This document shows, piece by piece, positions 20,095-29,862 of a stretch of DNA of 64,000 bases (position 1 is the first letter of the stretch; every line of letters starts with the position of its first letter). Both the position numbers and the translations under genes were made by a program. The notes beneath the pieces are model-generated. The model did not search any database. It was not told the DNA's origin and saw only the letters and a list, made by a program, of their open reading frames with translations. Source of the stretch: an uncultured virus (IMG/VR IMGVR_UViG_3300025070_000011) (Duplodnaviria; Heunggongvirae; Uroviricota; Caudoviricetes); IMG/VR virus record IMGVR_UViG_3300025070_000011. One strand, written 5' to 3'.

Positions 20095-21578
20095 TTTGGG
20101 TAAAACAAAAAGATAACGTTCATGCTTATGTGGAGGCAGATGACGGCATAAGGAGAGAGATATCAGATTTCTTTACCTTTGAAGTGCCTGGGGCTAAGTT
20201 TATGCCCTCGTATCGCAACCGACATTGGGACGGAAAAATTCGTCTGTATAATATGCAAAAGTGTGAACTGTATATTGGATTGATTCCCTATCTTATTAAG
20301 TTTGCCAAACAACTAGAGTATGAGATTCAGATTGATCTTGAACCATTCGGTGAAAAGATTTCTAAAGAAGAGGTATCAGAGTTTTGTGGTGTCTTGAATC
20401 TCCGCAGTCAAAAGAAAAAAATTGAAGCAAGAGACTATCAACAGGCCGCAATTCATGAGGCGATAAGTTCTGGTAGGACTCTGCTGTTGTCACCGACTGC
20501 ATCTGGTAAGTCACTTATCATTTACTCACTGATTAGATACCATCAAGCTCTAGGTCGCAAACAATTGATAGTAGTACCCACCACCTCACTGGTAGAACAA
20601 ATGTACGGTGACTTCCGAGACTACTCAACCAACAACGGGTTCAAAGTGGCAAAACACTGTCACAGAATTTATGGTGGGAAAGAGAAATCAAACAACGCTG
20701 ATGTTGTTATCTCCACATGGCAATCTATCTACAAGTTTCCGAAAGAATGGTTCAGTCAGTTTGATGTAGTCTATGGTGACGAGGCTCACTTGTTCAAGGC
20801 GAAGTCACTGATGACACTCATGGACAAATGCACTAATGCACGTTTCAGAATTGGTACTACTGGTACACTAGACGGTACAAAGACACACAAACTTGTCTTG
20901 GAAGGCGTGTTTGGCCCAGTATTTAAGGTGACCACAACCAAAAAATTGATGGACAAAAAAGAACTTGCAGAACTTAAAATTATCTGTATGATAATCGGAT
21001 ACACGGACGAACAAAGAAAACTTGTATCTAAAATGACTTATCAAGAAGAGATGGACTTCCTAGTGTCTAACCCAGAACGCAATGACATTCTGGCGAAACT
21101 GGCGACCTCTCAGAAGGGTAATACGCTGGTATTGTACCAGTTTGTAGAGAAACACGGCGATGTCCTGTATAAGATGATAAAGGCTATCACCGACAAACCA
21201 GTGTACTTTGTTTTCGGTGGCACCGAGACCGAACAGAGAGAAAAGATTCGCGAGTTGACAGAACAATCAAAAGACACTATAATTGTAGCCTCTTATGGTA
21301 CGTTCTCCACTGGTATAAATATTCGTAACCTACACAATGTAGTGTTCGCCTCGCCAAGTAAGAGTCGAATAAGAAATCTACAGTCTATTGGTAGGGGTCT
21401 GAGGAAAGGCGAAGACAAATCTAGTTGTAATTTATTTGATATTGGTGATGATTTATCATGGAAGAACAAAAAGAACTATACTTTGAATCATGTGCTTGAG
21501 AGAATTAAATTATATAATGAAGAGAACTTTGAATACAAAGTAATAAGGATAGACTCTAATGGTAAAATGCAAACCTAG
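20091..21578 (+). CDS. uvsW: SF2 DNA helicase UvsW
   Basis: WDGKIRL, SPTASGKS, DEAH, FSTGINI, LQSIGRGLR motifs; ATGA overlap with uvsY. Confidence 0.95.
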   Translation: MIWVKQKDNVHAYVEADDGIRREISDFFTFEVPGAKFMPSYRNRHWDGKIRLYNMQKCELYIGLIPYLIKFAKQLEYEIQIDLEPFGEKISKEEVSEFCGVLNLRSQKKKIEARDYQQAAIHEAISSGRTLLLSPTASGKSLIIYSLIRYHQALGRKQLIVVPTTSLVEQMYGDFRDYSTNNGFKVAKHCHRIYGGKEKSNNADVVISTWQSIYKFPKEWFSQFDVVYGDEAHLFKAKSLMTLMDKCTNARFRIGTTGTLDGTKTHKLVLEGVFGPVFKVTTTKKLMDKKELAELKIICMIIGYTDEQRKLVSKMTYQEEMDFLVSNPERNDILAKLATSQKGNTLVLYQFVEKHGDVLYKMIKAITDKPVYFVFGGTETEQREKIRELTEQSKDTIIVASYGTFSTGINIRNLHNVVFASPSKSRIRNLQSIGRGLRKGEDKSSCNLFDIGDDLSWKNKKNYTLNHVLERIKLYNEENFEYKVIRIDSNGKMQT

Positions 21579-21969
21579 TATTATTTGTTTAGAAAATGGT
21601 ATGCAACTAATTGTTGGTATCATATCAGAAGACGAAACCAATATTGAAACCACGATTCCTCTGGAAATAACAAGAATCAAAATCTCTGACACTCATGAGG
21701 CCTTGTCATTAAGGCCGTGGATATCTTTCACGGATCAAGAATCTTACATGATTAAACAAAGTAAGATCATTACTGTCTGCTCTTTGGATGAACAGTACAC
21801 CGAAGGATTCTACAAGATGACCGAGGGGTACATGGAAGATAGAAAAGAGGGTTTAGATTTCATGGATGCCATGGACGATTACGATCCGCAAATTGATGAA
21901 GACGCCACGTTAGATGAAATCATGGATAAAATTACTCGGATGGGTAAACCCAAGGATCAGCTTCATTAA
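21559..21969 (+). CDS. hypothetical protein between uvsW and gp55 (possible Sm-like fold)
   Basis: Position and L.NG..IV...L.PW pattern. Confidence 0.6.
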   Translation: MVKCKPSIICLENGMQLIVGIISEDETNIETTIPLEITRIKISDTHEALSLRPWISFTDQESYMIKQSKIITVCSLDEQYTEGFYKMTEGYMEDRKEGLDFMDAMDDYDPQIDEDATLDEIMDKITRMGKPKDQLH

Positions 21970-21998
21970 AGCTTAATTATCCTTTGAACCACAAGTTG

Positions 21999-22027
21999 AT
22001 TATAATTGTTTTGACACCAGTTGTCAA
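21999..22027 (-). promoter_or_regulatory. perfect-consensus sigma70 promoter, antisense orientation
   Basis: Minus strand reads TTGACA-N17-TATAAT. Confidence 0.7.
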
Positions 22028-22044
22028 GGTAAATTATTTGACCA

Positions 22045-22073
22045 TTGACATTTAGTATAAAATGTACTATACT
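22045..22073 (+). promoter_or_regulatory. sigma70-type promoter for gp55
   Basis: TTGACA-N17-TATACT. Confidence 0.75.
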
Positions 22074-22099
22074 AGTTTTTTAATGTTAGGAATTTAATT

Positions 22100-22690
22100 A
22101 TGGCAAACAAAAAAGAAAACAGACACTACGTCAACAACAAAGAATTTCTGGCAGCGATGACGGAGTATCGTGAAGAACGATTGGCTGCGGAAGAAGCTGG
22201 CGAACCCAAACCGAGGGTGTCGAATTATATTGGTGAGTGTTTTGTTAAGATCGCCAATCACTTGGCGTACAAGTCTAATTTTGTAAACTATACTTTCCGA
22301 GAGGAAATGATTCTCGACGGCATCGAAAACTGTATTACCTATATCAATAACTTTGATCCCGCTAAATCCAAGAATCCCTTTGCATACTTCACTCAGATTA
22401 CCTACTATGCTTTCTTGCGTAGGATTCAGAAAGAAAAGAAACAGATCGATACGAAGAACAAGTATATTCAGAGTCTTGATCTTCACGCCATGATGGATGA
22501 ACTTGGCGGAGATAGTGGTTCCAATGAATTTCTTGAGTACATGAAGAGACAGATTGAAGAGTCTGATAAGGCAAATGAGAAGTTTGCGGAGACCGCAAAG
22601 AGTCAACCAAAACGTAGACCAAAGTACTTCAATGACAAGGAAGCAATGGACTTAGCCAAAGAGAAAATTGAAGCACTAAAAGAGTCTTGA
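22100..22690 (+). CDS. gp55: late-transcription sigma factor gp55
   Basis: HYVNNKEFL, NF.NYT.R.EMI.DGIENC, SKNPFAYFTQI.Y.AF.RRI.KEK motifs. Confidence 0.96.
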   Translation: MANKKENRHYVNNKEFLAAMTEYREERLAAEEAGEPKPRVSNYIGECFVKIANHLAYKSNFVNYTFREEMILDGIENCITYINNFDPAKSKNPFAYFTQITYYAFLRRIQKEKKQIDTKNKYIQSLDLHAMMDELGGDSGSNEFLEYMKRQIEESDKANEKFAETAKSQPKRRPKYFNDKEAMDLAKEKIEALKES

Positions 22691-22715
22691 CATCTGACCT
22701 ACAACCAAGTATAAT
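22687..22715 (+). promoter_or_regulatory. sigma70-type promoter (perfect consensus)
   Basis: TTGACA-N17-TATAAT upstream of the ORF at 22743. Confidence 0.8.
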
Positions 22716-22742
22716 GGTAACAAATACTAGGGGGTATATATT

Positions 22743-23285
22743 ATGAACGCATTTGGACTTGACAAGAATCCTATCGTTGCTGCACGTTTGCACAATGACA
22801 AACACGTTGTCAAAATGAATATTGAATATCCGCAAATGATGTCCACGGCTCACCGTGTGCTTGATGGTACTCAATACCTTGATAAGACTGCCAATGGTAG
22901 GAACATCAAACGATGGCGTATGGATGATGATGTTGTAGAACAAACTCTATACAAGGCATCTCATATCAATCATCCGACTAATATCTGGGTTCGTGCCACT
23001 CATGAAAATTACATGTGGATGTACACTCTATGGTCAGAACTTGCCAAAGAGTATACCTATCGTTATGGCAAACATCATGCCTCTTGGGTCAAACTCCACA
23101 AAGTTCTAGAAAAACCACCGGAGAATATTCGGCCGGGTGGTATCACAATTTTGCCGCAAGCAATGCCAGATGATGTCAAACGTGATGACTTTGTTGAGGC
23201 ATATCAATTGTATTATCGTAAATACAAAGCTCATTTTTCTAAGTGGACAAAACGACCTGTTCCACGATTCATGACTGCTGTATGA
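22743..23285 (+). CDS. DenV / pyrimidine-dimer glycosylase-like family protein
   Basis: DKHVVKM..E..QM.STAH, H.NHP...WVR, EYTYRYGK.H, PQAMPD motifs. Confidence 0.7.
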   Translation: MNAFGLDKNPIVAARLHNDKHVVKMNIEYPQMMSTAHRVLDGTQYLDKTANGRNIKRWRMDDDVVEQTLYKASHINHPTNIWVRATHENYMWMYTLWSELAKEYTYRYGKHHASWVKLHKVLEKPPENIRPGGITILPQAMPDDVKRDDFVEAYQLYYRKYKAHFSKWTKRPVPRFMTAV

Positions 23286-24394
23286 TTCTATGTAAAGAAG
23301 ACTCGCTGTACGCGAGCAAACTAATTATTGATTACTTCTCAAACTTTGAAAGAATTGATGATTATTTTCGTGCAAGAAAAATTGAAAGGGTGAAGGCATT
23401 ACCTCCACCCCTTTTTGGTATGTCTGTTGAAGACGACATGTTTCAAGATTGGGAAACGCCACCCGATGATATGGACTTTGAAGTTGTTCAAATGAACAAC
23501 GAAATCTTTGACCAGATGTTAGAGATGACCGCTTCTTTCTCCCCCGATGAAGCGCCAGGCAAATCTCTAAAACTGGTGGTAAAAGAGAAGAACACAAACA
23601 AAGCCGTTGGGTTCATCAAGATGGGTTCTCCCCTCATCAACTCAAAACCCAGAAATGATTATCTGGGTGGCGTTCCCGATCTTGGAATCTTTAATCAACG
23701 TGCCATCATGGGGTTCAACATTGTCCCCGTACAACCATTCGGGTTCAACTATCTTGGTGGTAAACTTATGGCCGCAATCTGTTGTTCCCATGAGGTTCGC
23801 CGCATGTTGGACAAAAAATATAAAACAGAATTCTGTTTGTTTGAGACCACCTCTCTGTACGGTAACATCAAAGGCGCATCCATGTATGATGGCATGAGAC
23901 CCTTTCTTAGATATAAGGGTGACACGCAGTCACAGTTTTTGTTGACTATGGGTGAGGACATATACTTTCATCTGCGTGATTGGTTTACTGAAAAGAACGA
24001 TGGAGAAGAACTGATACACAAGGGTGCGTCTAGTCGCAAACTAAAAATGCAAACCAAGATGGTTGGTATTGTCAAGGCATCCTTGAAAGAACATGATGCT
24101 GATGAGTACAAAAGATTTACTGACACGATCAAGTCATCTACTGATGTAACAACAAACAAAAGATTTTATATGTCGGAATATGGATACTCCAATACAAAGG
24201 ATGTTCTTCTAGGTAAGACCGACACATTGCAGAAAGCCGAGAACTTTGACAGGTTTGAATTGCCAGAGGTCATCAAGTGGTGGAAGAAACTTGCAACCAA
24301 ACGACACAACAATCTTATGTCCGATGGTAGGATTAGAAAAGAGTTGGAAGTGTGGAACCAAAATACAATTGATAAGATAGATATTATACGATGA
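23282..24394 (+). CDS. DUF4338 / Druantia DruA-like protein
   Basis: P.QPFGFNYLGGKLMA and ETTSLYG motifs resemble DruA-family motifs (recalled, not searched); ATGA-coupled start at 23282. Confidence 0.55.
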   Translation: MILCKEDSLYASKLIIDYFSNFERIDDYFRARKIERVKALPPPLFGMSVEDDMFQDWETPPDDMDFEVVQMNNEIFDQMLEMTASFSPDEAPGKSLKLVVKEKNTNKAVGFIKMGSPLINSKPRNDYLGGVPDLGIFNQRAIMGFNIVPVQPFGFNYLGGKLMAAICCSHEVRRMLDKKYKTEFCLFETTSLYGNIKGASMYDGMRPFLRYKGDTQSQFLLTMGEDIYFHLRDWFTEKNDGEELIHKGASSRKLKMQTKMVGIVKASLKEHDADEYKRFTDTIKSSTDVTTNKRFYMSEYGYSNTKDVLLGKTDTLQKAENFDRFELPEVIKWWKKLATKRHNNLMSDGRIRKELEVWNQNTIDKIDIIR

Positions 24395-24786
24395 AAGTTG
24401 GATTTACTTGTGGTGCATTTGATTTGTTACATGCTGGACATGTAGTAATGTTGGAAGAAGCGGCCAGTCGATGTGATTGGTTGATTGTTGGGTTGCACAT
24501 TGATCCGAGTGTGGATAGACAGAATAAGAATTCACCAGTGCAGTCCGTATACGAAAGGTTTATCCAGCTTGACGGGTTGAAGTATGTAGATGAAATTATT
24601 CCATACTCAACCGAGACTTGCTTGATGGATATTCTTCTCACCAAAAAAATTGATGTGAGATTTGTTGGCGAGGACTATAGAGACAAACGTTTTACTGGTG
24701 ATGAATTGAATATACCTGTTGCATATACCAATAGGAAACATTCCTTTTCTTCTACTAGTTTGCGAGACCGAGTGAAGTTATCATGA
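24391..24786 (+). CDS. cytidylyltransferase (TagD / glycerol-3-phosphate CTase-like)
   Basis: GAFDLLHAGH HxGH motif, VDEIIPY, RKHSFSSTSLR. Confidence 0.9.
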   Translation: MKVGFTCGAFDLLHAGHVVMLEEAASRCDWLIVGLHIDPSVDRQNKNSPVQSVYERFIQLDGLKYVDEIIPYSTETCLMDILLTKKIDVRFVGEDYRDKRFTGDELNIPVAYTNRKHSFSSTSLRDRVKLS

Positions 24787-25775
24787 AAATTGCATGTGCC
24801 AGATTGCGATCCAATGTGAGATACGAGGGCCCATTACAAACTGTGTTGGACAGTTTCTTGGAGAACTATGTTCGTTGGATGGAAGACAATCCCCAACACG
24901 AATATAGAGAGTACAACATTTCGTTTGGCGGCAAACCATCGCGTGACCCAGAAGTGATTGAGTGGGCAGATGTAATTGTGATCCCTAGTGACAGCGAGTT
25001 TCGATATCACGGTGAGTTGCAGATGAATCCAAAAGACCTTGCCAAGTCTCAGTCTCACATGGATAAGATCATCCCTCACTTCAAGGGTAAACATGTAATC
25101 GTATTGAGATCAGATAGGGGTGACACCGAAGAACTCTACCGCAAACACACATTGAAAGGTGAGACAATCAAGTCTTACACCGAGATTGATGAGATAGATT
25201 TCTCTGGCAACATTCATGGTATGAAGTATCATTTCATTAGAGAAAGGTTTGACAATGCCATATCTCAAATGTTTGGTAGGACATACAATCATGACTTTGG
25301 ATATTGGGGTAGAATGAAAGATGGGTGTGATCGCGGCAAAGTATTGAGAAAGATTTACAGAGACCCCGACATCTCCACCGTTCTCATTGGTGGGTTTCCC
25401 TCTGGTATCAAGAGACAGTCTGCGTGGATCAAGGATTGGAATTTGTTGTATCCCAGACTAGAATCTTGCCGTGCGACATTGTGTTTCAACTGGAAAGACC
25501 CTGCTGCAACAACTTCAAGATATGTGGAGGCACTTGCGATTGGCATGATTCCATTTGTCTACAAGAACTATGATGAGAACAATACATACAATATCGATGA
25601 CTGGCAAAGAGTTGATGACTTTGAGGACTTTCAGGCTAAGATAAATATATTGAAAGACCCCACGGCAATGGATTTTTTGCTTAAGCAGTATAGAAAGAAT
25701 TACGAAGAGGTGTTGTTGTCCAAGAATGAATACTATGAGAAATTTTCATACAAAATGAATAGGGCTATTTCATGA
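24783..25775 (+). CDS. GT-B glycosyltransferase resembling T4 DNA beta-glucosyltransferase
   Basis: MKIA N-terminus, Y.GR motif and C-terminal TSRYVEALA.GMIPFV...D...V segment like T4 BGT; similar length; directly before gp47, as a-gt is in T4. Confidence 0.6.
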   Translation: MKIACARLRSNVRYEGPLQTVLDSFLENYVRWMEDNPQHEYREYNISFGGKPSRDPEVIEWADVIVIPSDSEFRYHGELQMNPKDLAKSQSHMDKIIPHFKGKHVIVLRSDRGDTEELYRKHTLKGETIKSYTEIDEIDFSGNIHGMKYHFIRERFDNAISQMFGRTYNHDFGYWGRMKDGCDRGKVLRKIYRDPDISTVLIGGFPSGIKRQSAWIKDWNLLYPRLESCRATLCFNWKDPAATTSRYVEALAIGMIPFVYKNYDENNTYNIDDWQRVDDFEDFQAKINILKDPTAMDFLLKQYRKNYEEVLLSKNEYYEKFSYKMNRAIS

Positions 25776-26824
25776 AGGTTGCACTGGTAACTGACACGCA
25801 CTTTGGTGCAAGGTCGGACAGTCTTGCGTTTGATGCGTATTTTAAGAAATTTTATGATGAGTATTTCTTTCCATTCTTGCAAGAAAATAACATAGATACT
25901 ATTGTACACTTGGGTGATGCATTTGATAGAAGAAAGTTTGTAAACTTCAACACACTCAAATCTTGTAAGGAATACTTTTTTGGGCAGGCAGAACGCCTTG
26001 GTATGACATTGCACATGATTCCAGGCAATCATGATACATATTATAAAAATACCAATGACGTAAACTCATTAGAATTGTTACTGAAGGAATATGACAACAT
26101 CCATGTCTATCCCGAAGTCACGGAGATAACGTTAGATGAAAGAAAAATTTTATTCGTCCCTTGGATATGCAACGACAATTATAGCACTACTATGGATGCT
26201 GTTAGTGAGACAGATGCCAAAGTATGTTTCGGACACTTTGAGTTTACTGGGTTCCAAATGTACAAAGGTGTTCCAAATCCTCACGGAATGGATACTGATG
26301 CCTTTGACCATTTTGATTTGGTATGCAGTGGCCACTTCCATCATCGCAGTAGTAGGGACAACATTACTTATCTTGGCAACCCTTACGAAATTACATGGTC
26401 TGATTATAACGATGACAGGGGGTTCCATCTCTACGATACGGAAACCAATGAATTGGATTTCTTCAAAAATCCGTACAAGATGTTTCACAAACTATTCTAT
26501 AACGATATGGACGGAATCAGCTCTTTTGACCTTTCTAATCTTGTCGGTTCTTGCGTTAAACTCATTGTGGTAAAGAAAGAGAACTTCTTAAAGTTTGACA
26601 AACTGGTAGATTCCCTGTATACTTGTAACTGCGTAGAATTAAAAATCGTAGAAGACTTCTCAGAGTTTGAAGATGATGCGGTTGGCGATGATGTAGAACT
26701 TGCCGTAGATGATACGATGACTCTGCTCCGAGACTATATCGGAAATACGGTCACCGACCTTGATAAAAACAAATTGACATCGGTTGTGCAAACCCTCTAT
26801 GTCGAAGCACAACACATGGAATAA
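25772..26824 (+). CDS. gp47: recombination endonuclease subunit gp47 (Mre11/SbcD-like)
   Basis: DTHFG, LGD.FD.R, GNHD, GHF, SGHFH phosphoesterase motifs. Confidence 0.95.
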   Translation: MKVALVTDTHFGARSDSLAFDAYFKKFYDEYFFPFLQENNIDTIVHLGDAFDRRKFVNFNTLKSCKEYFFGQAERLGMTLHMIPGNHDTYYKNTNDVNSLELLLKEYDNIHVYPEVTEITLDERKILFVPWICNDNYSTTMDAVSETDAKVCFGHFEFTGFQMYKGVPNPHGMDTDAFDHFDLVCSGHFHHRSSRDNITYLGNPYEITWSDYNDDRGFHLYDTETNELDFFKNPYKMFHKLFYNDMDGISSFDLSNLVGSCVKLIVVKKENFLKFDKLVDSLYTCNCVELKIVEDFSEFEDDAVGDDVELAVDDTMTLLRDYIGNTVTDLDKNKLTSVVQTLYVEAQHME

Positions 26825-26830
26825 TAATGT

Positions 26831-28501
26831 ATGATAATGTTTCAAAAGTTGCGATGGAAGAACTTCCTATCCACAGGCAACACTTTTACTGAAATAGATT
26901 TTACTCGCAACCCCACGACACTGATCGTGGGTGAGAACGGCAGTGGTAAGTCCACCGTTCTAGATGCTCTGTGTTTCGGTTTGTTCAACAAACCTTTCCG
27001 CAACATTAACAAACCACAGCTTGTCAACTCTATCAACGGCAAGAAGATGATGGTGGAGGTTGAGTTTCTGGTTGGCAAAAAACAGTATAGGGTCATTCGC
27101 GGAATAAAGCCCAATGTCTTTGAGATATACTGCAATGATGAGTTTCTAGATCAAGATGCCGCACTCAGAGATACCCAGAAGTATCTTGAAGAAAGCATAC
27201 TCAAACTAAACTACAAATCTTTTACACAAATTGTGATCTTGGGTAGCGCCTCTTTCACTCCCTTTATGCAGTTGCCTTCCGCGTCTCGCCGAGAAATAAT
27301 AGAAGACATTCTCGACATACAAATATTCACCACCATGAATGTTTTGCTCAAAGAAAAGATGAACGTCTTGAAAGAAGATATTCGTGTCATTGAGGGTGAA
27401 GTGCAACTTGCCAAACACAAGACCACCGTTCAAAAAGGTTATATTGATACCTTGGAGAAGGATAAAGCCACTAAAATCGACAACATCAAGGAGAACATCA
27501 ATGAGACGACACTCGCAATTGAGGACAATGAGAAACAACTTGCGGAACTCTCGGCAAAGAAGTCAGTACTTGGTGAACCAGAAACGAGAAAACGACAACT
27601 TGATTCCTTTAGAGAAAAGTTTTTCGCTGGAATCAAAAAAACAGAAAAAGAATTAAAATTCTACGAAGAGAATAGTGACTGTCCAGTATGTAAACAAGAA
27701 ATTTGTGAAGACTTCAAACATGATATGACTTCCAGTAAACATGATGAGAGGTTGGTTTTAGAAAAGTCTCTCAAGGGTCTGGAAAAAGAATATGAAGAAG
27801 TCTCTAAAACACTTGAAACTTGGCAGGAACTTTCTGATATCGTATCAACAACACAGTCTGATATAATTGGCCAAGAAAGATATAAGTCAAAACTCAAAGA
27901 CATGTTGGTTGAAGCAGAAAATAATGTCACGGACATTAGTGATGAGAAATTAAAACTAAAAGAGATGGCAAAAGATGTGGTTGCAAAGAATGATATTAAA
28001 TCACATAAGAGTGAACAACAACATTATAATACGGCAGTATCACACCTCTTAAAAGACAGTGGTATCAAAACTAGAATCATCAAACAGTACTTGCCTGCAA
28101 TAAATAAACTGGTCAATAAGTATTTGCAGTCAATGGATTTCTTTGTACATTTTGAGTTGGATGAGAAGTTTAACGAAATAATTAAGTCTCGACATAGAGA
28201 TAGGTTTAGTTACGCTTCTTTTTCTGAGGGTGAGAAACAACGCATAGACTTGGCACTGTTGTTCACATGGAGAACTATTGCTAAGATGAAGAACAGCGCC
28301 AGTACGAACCTGTTAATTCTAGATGAAGTGTTTGATTCTTCACTGGACAACAACGGAACCGACTATGTTATGCAACTACTAAATACTATTGGCGATCAGG
28401 CAAACGTCTTTGTCATTTCTCACAAGGGTGACCAGTTGTTTGATAAATTTAGAAGTCAAATTAAGTTTGAGAAGAAACAAAATTATTCGGTGATGTCATG
28501 A
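26831..28501 (+). CDS. gp46: recombination ATPase subunit gp46 (Rad50/SbcC-like)
   Basis: GENGSGKST, CPVC zinc hook, FSEGEK signature, LILDEVFD. Confidence 0.96.
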   Translation: MIMFQKLRWKNFLSTGNTFTEIDFTRNPTTLIVGENGSGKSTVLDALCFGLFNKPFRNINKPQLVNSINGKKMMVEVEFLVGKKQYRVIRGIKPNVFEIYCNDEFLDQDAALRDTQKYLEESILKLNYKSFTQIVILGSASFTPFMQLPSASRREIIEDILDIQIFTTMNVLLKEKMNVLKEDIRVIEGEVQLAKHKTTVQKGYIDTLEKDKATKIDNIKENINETTLAIEDNEKQLAELSAKKSVLGEPETRKRQLDSFREKFFAGIKKTEKELKFYEENSDCPVCKQEICEDFKHDMTSSKHDERLVLEKSLKGLEKEYEEVSKTLETWQELSDIVSTTQSDIIGQERYKSKLKDMLVEAENNVTDISDEKLKLKEMAKDVVAKNDIKSHKSEQQHYNTAVSHLLKDSGIKTRIIKQYLPAINKLVNKYLQSMDFFVHFELDEKFNEIIKSRHRDRFSYASFSEGEKQRIDLALLFTWRTIAKMKNSASTNLLILDEVFDSSLDNNGTDYVMQLLNTIGDQANVFVISHKGDQLFDKFRSQIKFEKKQNYSVMS

Positions 28502-29013
28502 AAGATATGAAACTACTACCACTCAACGACCCTCTGATGAAGAAGGTGCCCGAACAGTTTGAGGATTGGGACAATGTACAGGAGTTTGTTGACAGATTAT
28601 GGAACTACCAAAATTCAATTGGTGGTGTTGGTCTGTCTGCCAACCAAGTTGGATTAGATGCAAGTGTGTTCACTATGGGACATGGTGTGCATAGGTGGGA
28701 TATTATCAACCCCAAATTAATATCCAACAGCGAAGAGGTTGTGACGATGGAAGAGGGATGTCTGAGTGCTCCCGGCCTGATGCTCAAAGTCAAGAGACCG
28801 GAGAGGTGTACTCTCACATATAAAAATGCAGAAAATGAAGATGTCATCGAAGAATTTGAGGGCATCTGGGCAAGGATTGCGTTGCATGAATACGATCACA
28901 TGCTCGGGCAGAGTTTCTTGCAGAGAGTTGGACCTGTTCAGTTAGAACGAGCAGTAAAAAAGATCAAGAAACAAACTAAAAAAATGATTCAAAGAAGGGA
29001 AAAAAATGTATAA
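28498..29013 (+). CDS. def: peptide deformylase
   Basis: GGVGLSANQVG, EGCLS, HEYDH motifs. Confidence 0.93.
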   Translation: MKDMKLLPLNDPLMKKVPEQFEDWDNVQEFVDRLWNYQNSIGGVGLSANQVGLDASVFTMGHGVHRWDIINPKLISNSEEVVTMEEGCLSAPGLMLKVKRPERCTLTYKNAENEDVIEEFEGIWARIALHEYDHMLGQSFLQRVGPVQLERAVKKIKKQTKKMIQRREKNV

Positions 29014-29311
29014 ACTACTAGTCATTATGTTTCTAGTTGTACCGTACACTGTAAATGCAGAAGATGATGTGTACCTTGTGGGTGGATTTAAACATCTATC
29101 CTCACCGACAACAGCTACGCCAATTGACAACCGAGACGAGGTAGCTTATGATATGCCTTACATTGGAATTAAGTATCACAAAAAGTCTTGGGATATGAAC
29201 TTTCAATTTAATGTTGGTCATATGATACAAGGAGATGAACTAGCTGGTGATAATCCCAGAACAGAATTCATTGTCGAGAAACAATTCAATATAAATAGTC
29301 TATTCAAATGA
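29006..29311 (+). CDS. hypothetical exported protein
   Basis: Signal-peptide-like N-terminus (..VNA), beta-strand-rich body. Confidence 0.6.
   Translation: MYKLLVIMFLVVPYTVNAEDDVYLVGGFKHLSSPTTATPIDNRDEVAYDMPYIGIKYHKKSWDMNFQFNVGHMIQGDELAGDNPRTEFIVEKQFNINSLFK
29290..29297 (+). promoter_or_regulatory. late promoter TATAAATA ahead of the iscU cassette
   Basis: Exact motif ending 23 nt before the small ORF at 29321. Confidence 0.6.
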
Positions 29312-29320
29312 GTAGAATAG

Positions 29321-29464
29321 ATGTCCCATTTACGAGACAATAACATAAGTTACTTTCAACACTTAAAATTTGCTTGGTGTGTTGCTTTTGTTCTCGTTGT
29401 TCATGGTATATTTCCTAATATCTGGAAAGAAAGGGCGTCACAATTATTGTGTGACAAGGAATAG
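29321..29464 (+). CDS. small membrane protein (DUF6356-like), not in ORF track
   Basis: Manual translation MSHLRDNNISYFQHLKFAWCVAFVLVVHGIFPNIWKERASQLLCDKE; HL....SYFQH...VH..FP pattern. Confidence 0.6.
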   Translation: MSHLRDNNISYFQHLKFAWCVAFVLVVHGIFPNIWKERASQLLCDKE

Positions 29465-29466
29465 AT

Positions 29467-29862
29467 GTGGCATATTCAGACAAGGTACTAGACCATTATG
29501 AAAATCCCCGAAATGTCGGCAAGCTTGACGAAAATGATGAAGATGTCGGAACTGGCATGGTTGGAGCTCCGGCGTGTGGAGACGTTATGCGGTTGCAAAT
29601 CCGAGTATCGGATGACGGAATTATTGAAGACGCTAAATTCAAAACTTACGGATGCGGCAGTGCAATTGCTTCTTCATCATTACTCACAGAATGGGTTAGA
29701 GGAAAGTCCCTTGACGAAGCAAGAGAAATCCGCAATACAGAAATTGCTCAAGAACTATCACTCCCGCCTGTAAAGATTCATTGCAGCGTACTTGCCGAAG
29801 ACGCGATCAAGGCCGCTGTACAAAACTACAGAGAGAAACATGGAACCGATACAAGTAACTGA
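29467..29862 (+). CDS. iscU: Fe-S cluster scaffold IscU
   Basis: YSDKVLDHYENPRNVG, GAPACGDVM, KTYGCGSAIASSS, LPPVKIHCS. Confidence 0.97.
   Translation: MAYSDKVLDHYENPRNVGKLDENDEDVGTGMVGAPACGDVMRLQIRVSDDGIIEDAKFKTYGCGSAIASSSLLTEWVRGKSLDEAREIRNTEIAQELSLPPVKIHCSVLAEDAIKAAVQNYREKHGTDTSN

Noticed and set aside
23282..24394. Complete Druantia defence system
   Set aside because: Only a DruA-like gene; no DruE helicase or other Dru genes; the context points to DNA modification or recombination
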